From contig OZ244042.1 in NCBI GenBank assembly GCA_965215015.1, forward strand, positions 128,001 to 192,000: 64,000 bases of DNA. Reading direction: 5' to 3'. Source of the stretch: Candidatus Poribacteria bacterium. Its GTDB lineage: Bacteria; Poribacteria; WGA-4E; PCPOR2b. Position 1 is the first letter of the stretch; every line of letters begins with the position of its first letter. The notes beneath the pieces were generated by a model. That model saw nothing but the letters and a program-made list of their open reading frames with translations, made no database searches and was not told the origin of the DNA. Of the stretch, positions 40,501-49,554 are shown piece after piece. The position numbers and the translations under genes are program-made.

Positions 40501-40730
40501 TCACCTCATAGCAAGTGGGTTTTGAATCGGGGATTAGTATTCTGCTGATTGTGATTCTGTGGATCAATAACTCCCCTATTTATGTTTAGGAAGGTAAATT
40601 CAGTTTTTGTTCGCAAAAAAATGGACTGAGATGAAAAATCTCAGGCCGCTCACGAGATGTCGCATTTTACCACCATTCTGGAACCTAAGTTGTTTCAATT
40701 TTTCCGACTCAAAGCAGACCAAAATGAGGC

Positions 40731-40766
40731 AAAAAAAAAAGCAGCCAAGCAAATGGCTTGGCTGCT
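40731..40766 (-). terminator. Intrinsic terminator of the DUF4159 gene
   Basis: GCAGCCAAGC/GCTTGGCTGC stem followed by T10 on the minus strand. Confidence 0.85.
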
Positions 40767-40807
40767 CGATGTGACATAATATGAGGGTCTGTCCAAATCA
40801 GTAGACT

Positions 40808-42286
40808 CTATTCAACGGCACCGATTTTTGTCGCTTCGGGAGCACGGGTCGGCAGTTTCTTCTTCGCCATTGTATCTTCTGGCACATAACCGGAGTAGTC
40901 AGAAATCGAGCCGTGCGTCAGTGCGTAAACCGCAACATTGGTCATGAAACGATAAACGCCCGGTGAATAATGGACACTACGGGTTGGCAAACTCACTGAC
41001 TCCATCGCACACATATAATCACGACGGAATACTAACACCGAAATATGGTCACCAACCAAAACCCCTTCGAGATAGTTCCGCTTCGGCGGGTGCGTTCCCC
41101 ACCACCACAGATCGAACCCGACTGGCGGGCCGCCCATCTCATAGAAGTTGCTATATATCTCATGGTCATTAGGAATTCGTGTTACCTGATATTCAGGCAT
41201 AACAAAACGCATCTGAGCCAGGAACAGACGAATCATCGCCTGCGCCGGCGCGTTCACCCCACAGTCATCAAAAGCAAGGACGCCGCCCTTTTCGACCAAA
41301 TACCGACGCAACGCTGCCGCTTCGGTTTCAGACAAGCGATTGTCCAATTTACCACCGCCATACTGACGACTCATCAGGTTCTTGGAACGGGTAAGGGCAG
41401 GATCATGACCCGTCATGAAAAGCATAGGAGCTTTATGTAGGTTCGCATCGGTGAACTTGAGCGCCCCACCTTCAACGTTCATGTCTGTTTTAATCTTCGT
41501 CCGTTCATTCATCCACTTTGTCCACGCATTCAGCGAGGAAGCATCAGCCCACCAGTCAGAGAGACTGTGACGGACACGAGTAAACCGGAACACACCGCGA
41601 ATATCGGCACCACGACCGATGACACGACCCCCCGGTTCACCGCGGGGCAGCGGTGGCACTTCTACGTTACCCAAAGTTATGTTTTCGACAACATCACCCA
41701 AGGCGTCACGGGTTGCACCAACATGTTCAACCATAGCAAGCCCAGCCGGACGCTCAAAAGCGACCTTCACCTGCACAATACCGCCAATCCCACGACCAAT
41801 GTTGGCGGGCGCAGCACTTGGGGCGGTTGCCACCGGAGCACTAAACGCCAACGCACCCGGTGCGTCAGAGACGGGCAAGTCGGCATGCGTCACAACTTGC
41901 GGCACTGGAGTGTTGGGACTGACCACTTTAGGTACATTGGGATTGATGGGTGCATCTAGCTTGACCACCTTATTGGAAAATTCCAAAACGGTTTGGGGCT
42001 GCACCGAGGTAGGACGCACGACCGCTGCTGTCGTGACCCTCGGTTGAACTTGAACTTGCTCAACAACCACTGTGTTTGTGGTTGGAACGGTTGGCTTGAC
42101 AATCGGCTTAATCACCGGTTTACGAACTTGTGGTTTCGGGGGTTCTTTTGCCTGCAGGATGTCCGTTCCCACTAAATCTTTGAACTGCTGGGTTTGGGTC
42201 ACGAGATAAACACCTGCGATAAAGAAGGCGACTCCGTGAACAATCACCGATGTCATCAAAGCCCCTGAGGTTTTCTTGGCACTCAT
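40808..42286 (-). CDS. N-terminal TM, Pro/Val-rich linker and DUF4159-like domain
   Basis: DWWAD..MTGHD..LRRYLVEKGG..FDDC..IPNDHEIY C-terminal domain; GGAGG RBS before MSAKK. Confidence 0.78.
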   Translation of the reverse strand: MSAKKTSGALMTSVIVHGVAFFIAGVYLVTQTQQFKDLVGTDILQAKEPPKPQVRKPVIKPIVKPTVPTTNTVVVEQVQVQPRVTTAAVVRPTSVQPQTVLEFSNKVVKLDAPINPNVPKVVSPNTPVPQVVTHADLPVSDAPGALAFSAPVATAPSAAPANIGRGIGGIVQVKVAFERPAGLAMVEHVGATRDALGDVVENITLGNVEVPPLPRGEPGGRVIGRGADIRGVFRFTRVRHSLSDWWADASSLNAWTKWMNERTKIKTDMNVEGGALKFTDANLHKAPMLFMTGHDPALTRSKNLMSRQYGGGKLDNRLSETEAAALRRYLVEKGGVLAFDDCGVNAPAQAMIRLFLAQMRFVMPEYQVTRIPNDHEIYSNFYEMGGPPVGFDLWWWGTHPPKRNYLEGVLVGDHISVLVFRRDYMCAMESVSLPTRSVHYSPGVYRFMTNVAVYALTHGSISDYSGYVPEDTMAKKKLPTRAPEATKIGAVE

Positions 42287-42387
42287 GTTTTTCCTCCAAA
42301 AATTATTGTTGTTTGTGTATAAAGATTTAAACAAACTCTCACATCATGCGTAATGCAAAAGTTTGTTGTGATACGTCGTGCAATAGC

Positions 42388-42403
42388 AGCAATTACTGTG
42401 CCA
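42388..42403 (-). promoter_or_regulatory. sigma54 (-24/-12) promoter
   Basis: Minus strand TGGCAC-AGTAA-TTGCT, exact consensus, about 100 bp above the start. Confidence 0.8.
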
Positions 42404-42467
42404 TTGCCTTGTAAGTAGGGAAATCCGTAGAAAATGGGGGTTCTCTGTTGTTGGTTAATCAGCCTAA

Positions 42468-42519
42468 TGCACCAAATGGTGTAGATTAAATATTTAGAAT
42501 TGCACCATTTGGTGCAATT
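42468..42519. promoter_or_regulatory. Tandem NtrC-like enhancer palindromes
   Basis: TGCACC-AAAT-GGTGTA (42468) and TGCACC-ATTT-GGTGCA (42501), 33 bp apart. Confidence 0.7.
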
Positions 42520-42533
42520 TCCTTGTTAATCCT

Positions 42534-42574
42534 TTGACGTACTCCCACGCCCTAAAGGGTTGGGGTCTTGTCAA
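42534..42574 (+). mobile_element. Possible IS200/IS605-family end remnant
   Basis: TTGACGTACTCCCACGCCCTAAAGGGTTGGGGTCTTGTCAA resembles IS605-type subterminal hairpins. Confidence 0.4.
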
Positions 42575-42770
42575 CAAGATTAGATAAATGAACGGTGCTC
42601 ATAAAGGAGTAGGCAACTCCGCGTGCCGTAACCTCAACAATCGTTATTACGGACGGGGTTGTTTATGTGAGGGGTGCTCATACGAATTATCTGAATTGCG
42701 GATGCAGCAGATGCCTCAGATTACACGGATATAGATATGGGGTTGGGAATATTTTGTTTTTTTCCATTCA

Positions 42771-43512
42771 GGTTGGAGGGTTAGCCAAGCCATACGCTAT
42801 AGCGAAATAACCCTGTTCGTAGTAGCGCAATTCATTGCGCGTCTCTTCCTATCCATTGAACAACGTTAAAAAAATTAGCCCAATAAGTTGAACCGATTAA
42901 AATCGACTGCAACGATATGGGGTTGGAGGGTTAGCCAAGTCATACGTTATAGCGAAATAACCCCGTTCGTAGTAGCGCAATTCATTGCGCGTCTCTTCCT
43001 ATCCCTTCAACAACGTTAAATAAATTAACCCAATAAGTCGAACCGATTAAAATCAACTGCAACGATATGGGGTTGGGGGTGTTAGCCAAGCCATACGCTA
43101 TAGCAAGATAACCCTGTTTGTAGTAGCGCAATTCATTGCGCGTCTCTTCCTATCCCTTCAACAGCGTTAAATAAATTAACCCAATAAGTCGAAACGATTA
43201 AAATCGACTGCAACGATATGGGGTTGGAGGGTTAGCCAAGCCATACGCTATAGCGAAATAACCCTGTTTGTAGTAGCGCAATTCATTGCGCGTCTCTTCC
43301 TATCCCTTCAACAGCGTTAAATAAATTAACCCAATAAATCAAAACGATTAAAATCAACTGCAACGATATGGGGTTGGAGGGTTAGCCAAGCCATACGCTA
43401 TAGCGAGATAACCCCGTTCGTAGTAGCGCAATTCATTGCGCGTCTCTTCCTATCCCTTCAACAGCGTTAAATAAATTAACCCAATAAATCAAAACGATTA
43501 AAATCGACTGCA
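42771..43512 (+). repeat. Tandem array, 5 x ~150 bp, each unit holding a REP hairpin and a copy of the adjacent gene's 3' end
   Basis: REP GTAG starts at 42819, 42969, 43120, 43270 and 43420. Confidence 0.95.
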
Positions 43513-44507
43513 CCGACAACGGGCCTATCCGCGAAAAAATCCTCCAACGCCGCGAGTGTCGTCTCACCGATTTTGGCGTAACCGTAAGCACCCGTTCCAG
43601 AAACATGGGGAGTGACAAAAACATTTGGCAACCCTAAAAATGGGCTATCCGGCGGCAGCGGCTCTGGGGTTGTGACATCAAGTGTGATGAAAATACGATC
43701 GGTCCGCGCTTCAGTCAGCAAGGCCTCATGGTCGATAATACTGCCCCGCGAGGTGTTGACCAGCGTGGCTCCGTCCCGAAGCAGTTTTAGCTGCTCCTCA
43801 CCAATTATCTTATTCGTTTGTGGGATACTTGGCGTGTGAACCGTTACAATATCAGCTGTGGCAAACAAATCGTTGAGCGAAACTCTCTCCACACCAAGAC
43901 TACCCGCCTCCCAATCTGAAAGGTACGGATCGTAGATCAGTTTCCTGACCTCGAAAGACTTCAGGAGCTGAATCACCTGTCGCCCAACTTTGCTCGCTGA
44001 GACTATACCAACAACACTTCCGCGTAAAGAGGGAGCTCTAGAAGCCACCTCACTACGGTTCCACCTCCCCGATCGGGTATGCAAGATAAAGTCAACCCAT
44101 CGGCGGGCGGTCATAATCATTGCGCCAATTGTGTATTCGGCAACATTGTAGGCGATTGCTTCGTTGGCACTAAATACGCAGATCTGGCGCGGCAGAATGT
44201 ATGTATCGAGGACTTCACCGATAAGGCGTTTCACAGAACCCCCTGAATGGGCGATGATTCGGAGGGCGTCCGCGTTAGCCATCACCTTTTCAGTTATTGG
44301 TGACACACCCCAACCGGTGACTACCCCCTCGAACCCAGCAACACGCTCGGCGATTTGGTCGCTTGTATAGCTTGAGCCGGTTTCATTCAGCGTTACATCA
44401 AATTGCTCCTGAAACCGCCTGAAAACTTCTGGAGGGAAAACCTCTTCAGTATGCCCTGATGTGGGCAGGTATAAGATTTTAGGTTTGTTCATCGGTGCTC
44501 CTTTCAT
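43476..44507 (-). CDS. D-isomer-specific 2-hydroxyacid dehydrogenase
   Basis: VAEY, YDPY, NTSRG, LDV..EP, TPHVSG. Confidence 0.92.
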   Translation of the reverse strand: MKGAPMNKPKILYLPTSGHTEEVFPPEVFRRFQEQFDVTLNETGSSYTSDQIAERVAGFEGVVTGWGVSPITEKVMANADALRIIAHSGGSVKRLIGEVLDTYILPRQICVFSANEAIAYNVAEYTIGAMIMTARRWVDFILHTRSGRWNRSEVASRAPSLRGSVVGIVSASKVGRQVIQLLKSFEVRKLIYDPYLSDWEAGSLGVERVSLNDLFATADIVTVHTPSIPQTNKIIGEEQLKLLRDGATLVNTSRGSIIDHEALLTEARTDRIFITLDVTTPEPLPPDSPFLGLPNVFVTPHVSGTGAYGYAKIGETTLAALEDFFADRPVVGAVDFNRFDLLG

Positions 44508-44527
44508 TGATGTCAGTCATTCTGATG

Positions 44528-46606
44528 CTAAAACAGCGGTCTATTCACAACAGCATCTCGTGTACTGGCCGGGGCAACGTCGTAATGAGAGAACTCCATT
44601 GTAAATATCCCCCGTCCTTGAGTCAACGAGCGCAACTCCGTTGTATATTGGAACATCTGCGCTAACGGAACATGAGCTTCAATAGATTCCGCTGTTCCCA
44701 CGGTACTAGTTTCGTGGATTTGGGCGCGGCGTGAATTGAGGTCGCCAATGACCTTTCCAATATGCTCGGTCGGCGCAATCACTTGAATCTTCATAATCGG
44801 CTCTAATAGGACAGGTGAGGCCTCTTCGGCGGCGTTCTCAAAAGCAATAATAGTAGCGGCTTCAAAGGCGGTTTCCGATGAATCTGTCTCATGGTATGAA
44901 CCACCGATAAGAACTACCTTGATGTCTTGCATGGGGAAACCACTTAATACCCCATTTGACATGCCACTTCGCGCCCCTCGTTCAACAACGGGGACATATT
45001 GGCGAGGGATATCTACTGCATCGCTCTCATCTGCAAATTCAAACCCCATCCCTCTTGGTAGTGGTTCCAACCTGAGTATAATATCTCCGTAGATGCCTTC
45101 GTCATCAATCTTGTGAATATATTTGCCTTGGGCTTCAGCAATTTGGTTGATTGTCTCACGATAGGCAACCTGCAATTTGCTCACGCGCGCATTGACTTGA
45201 AACTCGCGCAGCATCCGATCTGTCAAGATTTCCAGATGGAGCTCTCCCATGCCTGAAATCACTCGCTGCCCGGTTTCATCGTCAATCTGCACAGTAAAAG
45301 TTGGGTCCTCTTCCATCATGAAATCAAGCGTTTCTTCAAGTGTATCTTTATCTTTTTCAGACCTCGGCTCAATCGCGACAGAGATGACCGGCTCCGGAAA
45401 TACCATTGATTCTAGTAGAATTGGATGCGAGGAAGTCGTTAATGTGTCCCCGGTAGTAGTGCCTTTTAGTCCAACAAGGGCGACAATGTCTCCTGCGTGG
45501 GTGCCCTCACAGGCTTCTCGTTTGTTGGCATGCATCTGCAAAATCCGCGTCACCCGTTCTTTTATACCTTTTGTCACATTGTAAACAACGTCTCCACGCC
45601 GGAGCGTCCCAGAGTAGATACGGCAGTAAACAATTTTTGCGACATTCGGATCCCTGGCAATCTTGAACGCTAACGCGGCAAATGGCGCGTCATCTTTCGA
45701 CTCACGATCTTCCTTACGGTCTTTGCCCGGGACGATGCCCTCAATCGGGGGCACGTCGGCCGGGGACGGAAGGAAATCGATAACAGCGTCAAGCAACGGT
45801 TGGACACCTTGATTTCTTAGAGCTGTTCCGCATAGCACCGGGACAAGCCTGTTGTTTAATGCTGCTGTACGAATCCCTCGCAGAAGTTCTGCTTCCGTGA
45901 TTTCTTCGCCTTCCAGATACTTTTCCAACAGGTCATCATCTTCGCTCGCAACGGCTTCAACCAACTCTTCGCGCGCTTCCTCCGCTGCTGCTTGCAATTC
46001 CACGGGAATCTGCGTCAAATCAAAGGTTTGCCCTTGGTCCTCTTTATGCCAGCGGAGGGCTTGCATTCGGATTAGATCCACAACGCCTGAAAACTGGCTT
46101 TCGGCACCGATCGGCAGTTGGAGGAGTAAAGGATTGGCTCCCAATCGTATTTTCATCATTTTGATAACGCGCGGAAAATCTGCACCCAGTCGATCCATCT
46201 TATTCACGAAAGCGATTCGTGGAATATGATAACGCTCTGCTTGACGCCATACCGTTTCGGATTGGGGTTCAACGCCGCCGACAGCACAAAATAGAGCAAC
46301 TGCCCCATCCAGTACACGCAGGGAACGTTCAACTTCGACGGTAAAGTCAACATGTCCCGGTGTATCGATCAGATGAATCGCGTGGTCCCGCCAAAAACAG
46401 GTCGTTGCCGCCGCTGTGATGGTCACACCGCGCTCCCGCTCCTGAACCATCCAATCCATGTCCGTGGTCCCATCGTCAATATCGCCGATCTTATGCTTCT
46501 TACCGGTATAGAATAAGATGCGTTCAGTAGTCGTTGTTTTGCCCGCATCAATGTGCGCCATGATACCGATATTTCGTACCCGTTCAATCCCATATTCCCG
46601 TGGCAT
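44528..46606 (-). CDS. fusA: Elongation factor G (stand-alone paralog)
   Basis: [35 protein letters not shown]; no rpsL/rpsG/tuf neighbours. Confidence 0.9.
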   Translation of the reverse strand: MPREYGIERVRNIGIMAHIDAGKTTTTERILFYTGKKHKIGDIDDGTTDMDWMVQERERGVTITAAATTCFWRDHAIHLIDTPGHVDFTVEVERSLRVLDGAVALFCAVGGVEPQSETVWRQAERYHIPRIAFVNKMDRLGADFPRVIKMMKIRLGANPLLLQLPIGAESQFSGVVDLIRMQALRWHKEDQGQTFDLTQIPVELQAAAEEAREELVEAVASEDDDLLEKYLEGEEITEAELLRGIRTAALNNRLVPVLCGTALRNQGVQPLLDAVIDFLPSPADVPPIEGIVPGKDRKEDRESKDDAPFAALAFKIARDPNVAKIVYCRIYSGTLRRGDVVYNVTKGIKERVTRILQMHANKREACEGTHAGDIVALVGLKGTTTGDTLTTSSHPILLESMVFPEPVISVAIEPRSEKDKDTLEETLDFMMEEDPTFTVQIDDETGQRVISGMGELHLEILTDRMLREFQVNARVSKLQVAYRETINQIAEAQGKYIHKIDDEGIYGDIILRLEPLPRGMGFEFADESDAVDIPRQYVPVVERGARSGMSNGVLSGFPMQDIKVVLIGGSYHETDSSETAFEAATIIAFENAAEEASPVLLEPIMKIQVIAPTEHIGKVIGDLNSRRAQIHETSTVGTAESIEAHVPLAQMFQYTTELRSLTQGRGIFTMEFSHYDVAPASTRDAVVNRPLF

Positions 46607-46785
46607 ATATTTCTCCGTCTTTTGGAATAAGCCTTTGATTGCTTATTTGTTAAGAGTTACGCACTTGAGTGTGTCGTAACGCCATTCAACCCACATTACC
46701 ATAGACCATAAATCGCCCAATAGCAATAGACATACGCTGTATGCCGTACCCCCCTCCCTTCCTCCCGCTTGTGTTCTTACTGCTC

Positions 46786-47300
46786 ATAGTAGCGCAATTC
46801 ATCGCGCGTAAGCTCACCCATCCCTTCCCCCTGCTTGCGGGGGGACAGAGGGGGGTTCTTACTTCTCCTCCGCTTGCGGGGGGGTGTAGATGATTGGCAA
46901 TGTAATAGTATTGCCATGGACTTACTTCCCCCTGCTTGCGGGGGGATAGAGGGGGGTTCTTACTTCTCCTCCGCTTGCGGGATTGTAGATGATTGGCAAT
47001 GTAATAGTATTACCATGGACTTACTTCCCCCTGCTTGCGGGGGGATAGAGGGGGGTTCTTACTTCCCTCCACCTGCTTGCGGGGGGTGTAGATGATTGGT
47101 AATGTAATAGCATTGCCATGGACTTACTTCCCCCTGCTTGCAGGGGGATAGAGGGGGTTCTTACTTCCCCTCCGCTTGCGGGGGGTTGTAGATGATTGGC
47201 AATGTAATAGTATTACCATGGACTTACTTCCCCCTGCTTGCGGGGGGATAGAGGGGGGTTCTTACTTCCCTCTCCCTGCTTGCCGGGGGTTAGGGAGGTG
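46786..47300 (+). repeat. REP copy plus tandem array of ~4.5 x 100 bp with C/G palindromes
   Basis: GTAGATGATTGG unit starts at 46886, 46985, 47088 and 47188. Confidence 0.92.
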
Positions 47301-47676
47301 GCGATTCATCCCCGAAATCCACCATGAACATGGCACCCCCTTTTCTGGTGTTGGCTTTGAACCCTCAACTGCATAAGTCTTAATTTGTTATGAAATATGT
47401 TTAGTATATCATGTTAAGCCTAAAAACTCAATGACGAGTGCCTCAACCTGACTACATTGAGGTCATCGTGGATATGTTCGGTAGGTTTCGATCCGTATCA
47501 TACTGTTTTTTCTCGTAATTCCTCCGATTTTCGTGTAAAATTCGCGTGCGATTTGAGGGTTCACAAGTGAGGTATAGGCAACAAGCGACTAGGAAGACAG
47601 CCTCTCCAAGATAAGCAACGATCGGACACCTATTTGGAACCACCTCATCAGACCAAGAGACGGTAAGGAGAGAAAA

Positions 47677-49080
47677 ATGAGTAAAATACCGCTTCACTTC
47701 AAAACAATTACCGAAGTGGCCGAACTAATAAGAGCAAAACATATATCGCCTGTGGAGGTTACCACCACAATACTAAATCGTATAGGGCAACTCGATAGCC
47801 ACCTCAAAAGCTACGCCACCGTCACAGCAGACCGCGCAATAACAGCGGCTCAGAAAGCTGAAGCAGAGATCACATCCGGCACATATCGCGGGCCACTTCA
47901 TGGGGTTCCGGTAGCCGTAAAAGATCTATGTTTCACCAAGGGCATCCGCACGATGGGAGGGACACACGCACTCGCCGAGCATATTCCTGACTTTGATTCT
48001 ACCGTCGTTGCAAAACTGGAATCGGCCGGAGCGGTGCCGCTGGGCAAGCTCAATCTTACGGAAGGCGCGATGGGGGGCTACAATCCCAAATTTAAGATTC
48101 CCATCAACCCGTGGAATGCCGAACGATTTGCGGGAGCTTCGTCCAGTGGATCCGGGGTCGCAACAGCAGCCGGTCTGTGTTTTGGCTCCCTTGGCAGTGA
48201 TACCGGTGGTTCGATTCGCTTCCCCGCCGCAGCGTGCGGCACGGTAGGTCTCAAACCCACATGGGGGCGGGTCAGTCGCTATGGCGTGTTGGCTTTGGCG
48301 GAATCGCTTGACCACGTCGGTCCGTTGACACGAAGCAGTACCGACGCAGGCATCGTGCTTGAAGCCATCTCCGGCTTCGATCCCAAGGATCCCACGTCCC
48401 TGCCTAACCCTGTGCCGAACATGCTCAAAGGCATAGACAAGGGGGTGGAGGGGACTCGTATCGGGTTTGACTTGCAATATGCTACCAAAGACATTGATCC
48501 TGAACTCGTTGAGGCGGTACTAGCTGGCCTAAAGGTACTGGAAGGTCTAGGGGCTGAGATTATCGAGGTGCAACTGCCTGATATGGACCCATACGTCGCC
48601 GCGTGGCCGGTTCTGTGTTCCGCTGAAGCGGTCGCCGCTCACGAAGCGACCTACCCCTCCCAAAGAGACGACTACGGCCCTTGGTTCCGTGGCTGGCTTG
48701 ATAAGGGGGCGAAGGTCACAGGGGCGGAATATGCCAAAGCCAACAACTTACGCGCCGCCTGTACAGGGCATCTCCGTTGCGTGTTTAAACAGATTGATGT
48801 ACTTGTTTGTCCCTCAACGTCTGCACCCCCACACCCAGTCAAGCCAAAAGAGTTATATGGCACCATGCCAGAAAGCCGCGAACCGAAATTTCAGCGGTTC
48901 ACTGTGCCGTTTGATTACAACGGGGCACCAACATTATCGGTGCCGTGTGGATTTAACAGCGAAGGGCTTCCGCTAAGCATTCAGTGGGTGGGCAAGCACC
49001 TGTCAGAACCGTTGTTGTGCCGAATCGGTCACGCCTACGAAGGGGCAACCGAGTGGCACAATCGGCATCCGAACGTTTGA
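47677..49080 (+). CDS. Amidase signature family protein
   Basis: VKD, GASSSGS, GSDTGGSIRFPA. Confidence 0.93.
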   Translation: MSKIPLHFKTITEVAELIRAKHISPVEVTTTILNRIGQLDSHLKSYATVTADRAITAAQKAEAEITSGTYRGPLHGVPVAVKDLCFTKGIRTMGGTHALAEHIPDFDSTVVAKLESAGAVPLGKLNLTEGAMGGYNPKFKIPINPWNAERFAGASSSGSGVATAAGLCFGSLGSDTGGSIRFPAAACGTVGLKPTWGRVSRYGVLALAESLDHVGPLTRSSTDAGIVLEAISGFDPKDPTSLPNPVPNMLKGIDKGVEGTRIGFDLQYATKDIDPELVEAVLAGLKVLEGLGAEIIEVQLPDMDPYVAAWPVLCSAEAVAAHEATYPSQRDDYGPWFRGWLDKGAKVTGAEYAKANNLRAACTGHLRCVFKQIDVLVCPSTSAPPHPVKPKELYGTMPESREPKFQRFTVPFDYNGAPTLSVPCGFNSEGLPLSIQWVGKHLSEPLLCRIGHAYEGATEWHNRHPNV

Positions 49081-49554
49081 AGGCTGGCCTTATACCGACG
49101 AGCGCGAGAACCGCGGCCGGCCCACACACCGATGACAGCAATTTCGATGATGCTTCACGGTTTCCCACCAATGGTAGATTTAACGCTTGACGAAGTTTAT
49201 GGCTCGTGATATATTTTTATCGATTGCCGCCATTGCCGCGCACGCAGAAAGCGAGAAAACCGAATCTCATGGGCTGGGATGCCGGCGTCTCTTTTAAAAG
49301 CACATGCCCTTCAAAGGACTCGATCATAACAGTAGTTTCTAATACGTCAACGGGTGCTTGGGCGATAGATAGTGAAATTATGAAACAGTTGAGGATAGTT
49401 AGCTGGGGGCACTCATAATTATTGTCTGAACCCGGATTTAAGGATTAGTAGGATAACCTTCAACACCTGAACTAATCCACCCATCTACCAAAGACCGATC
49501 AGATTGGGACAACAACATCGGGACTTGGGTCTCCACAGCCAAAGGGATTTTTTG

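Noticed and set aside
42771-43512. CRISPR array or repeated peptide gene (MAWLTLQPHIVAVDFNRFDLLG)
   Set aside because: There are no unique spacers. The small ORF has no clear RBS and is frameshifted in one unit. Not fully excluded as a cause of the synonymous bias.
46835-47376. ORFs with repeated PPACGGIEGG peptides
   Set aside because: Translations of the DNA repeat array.
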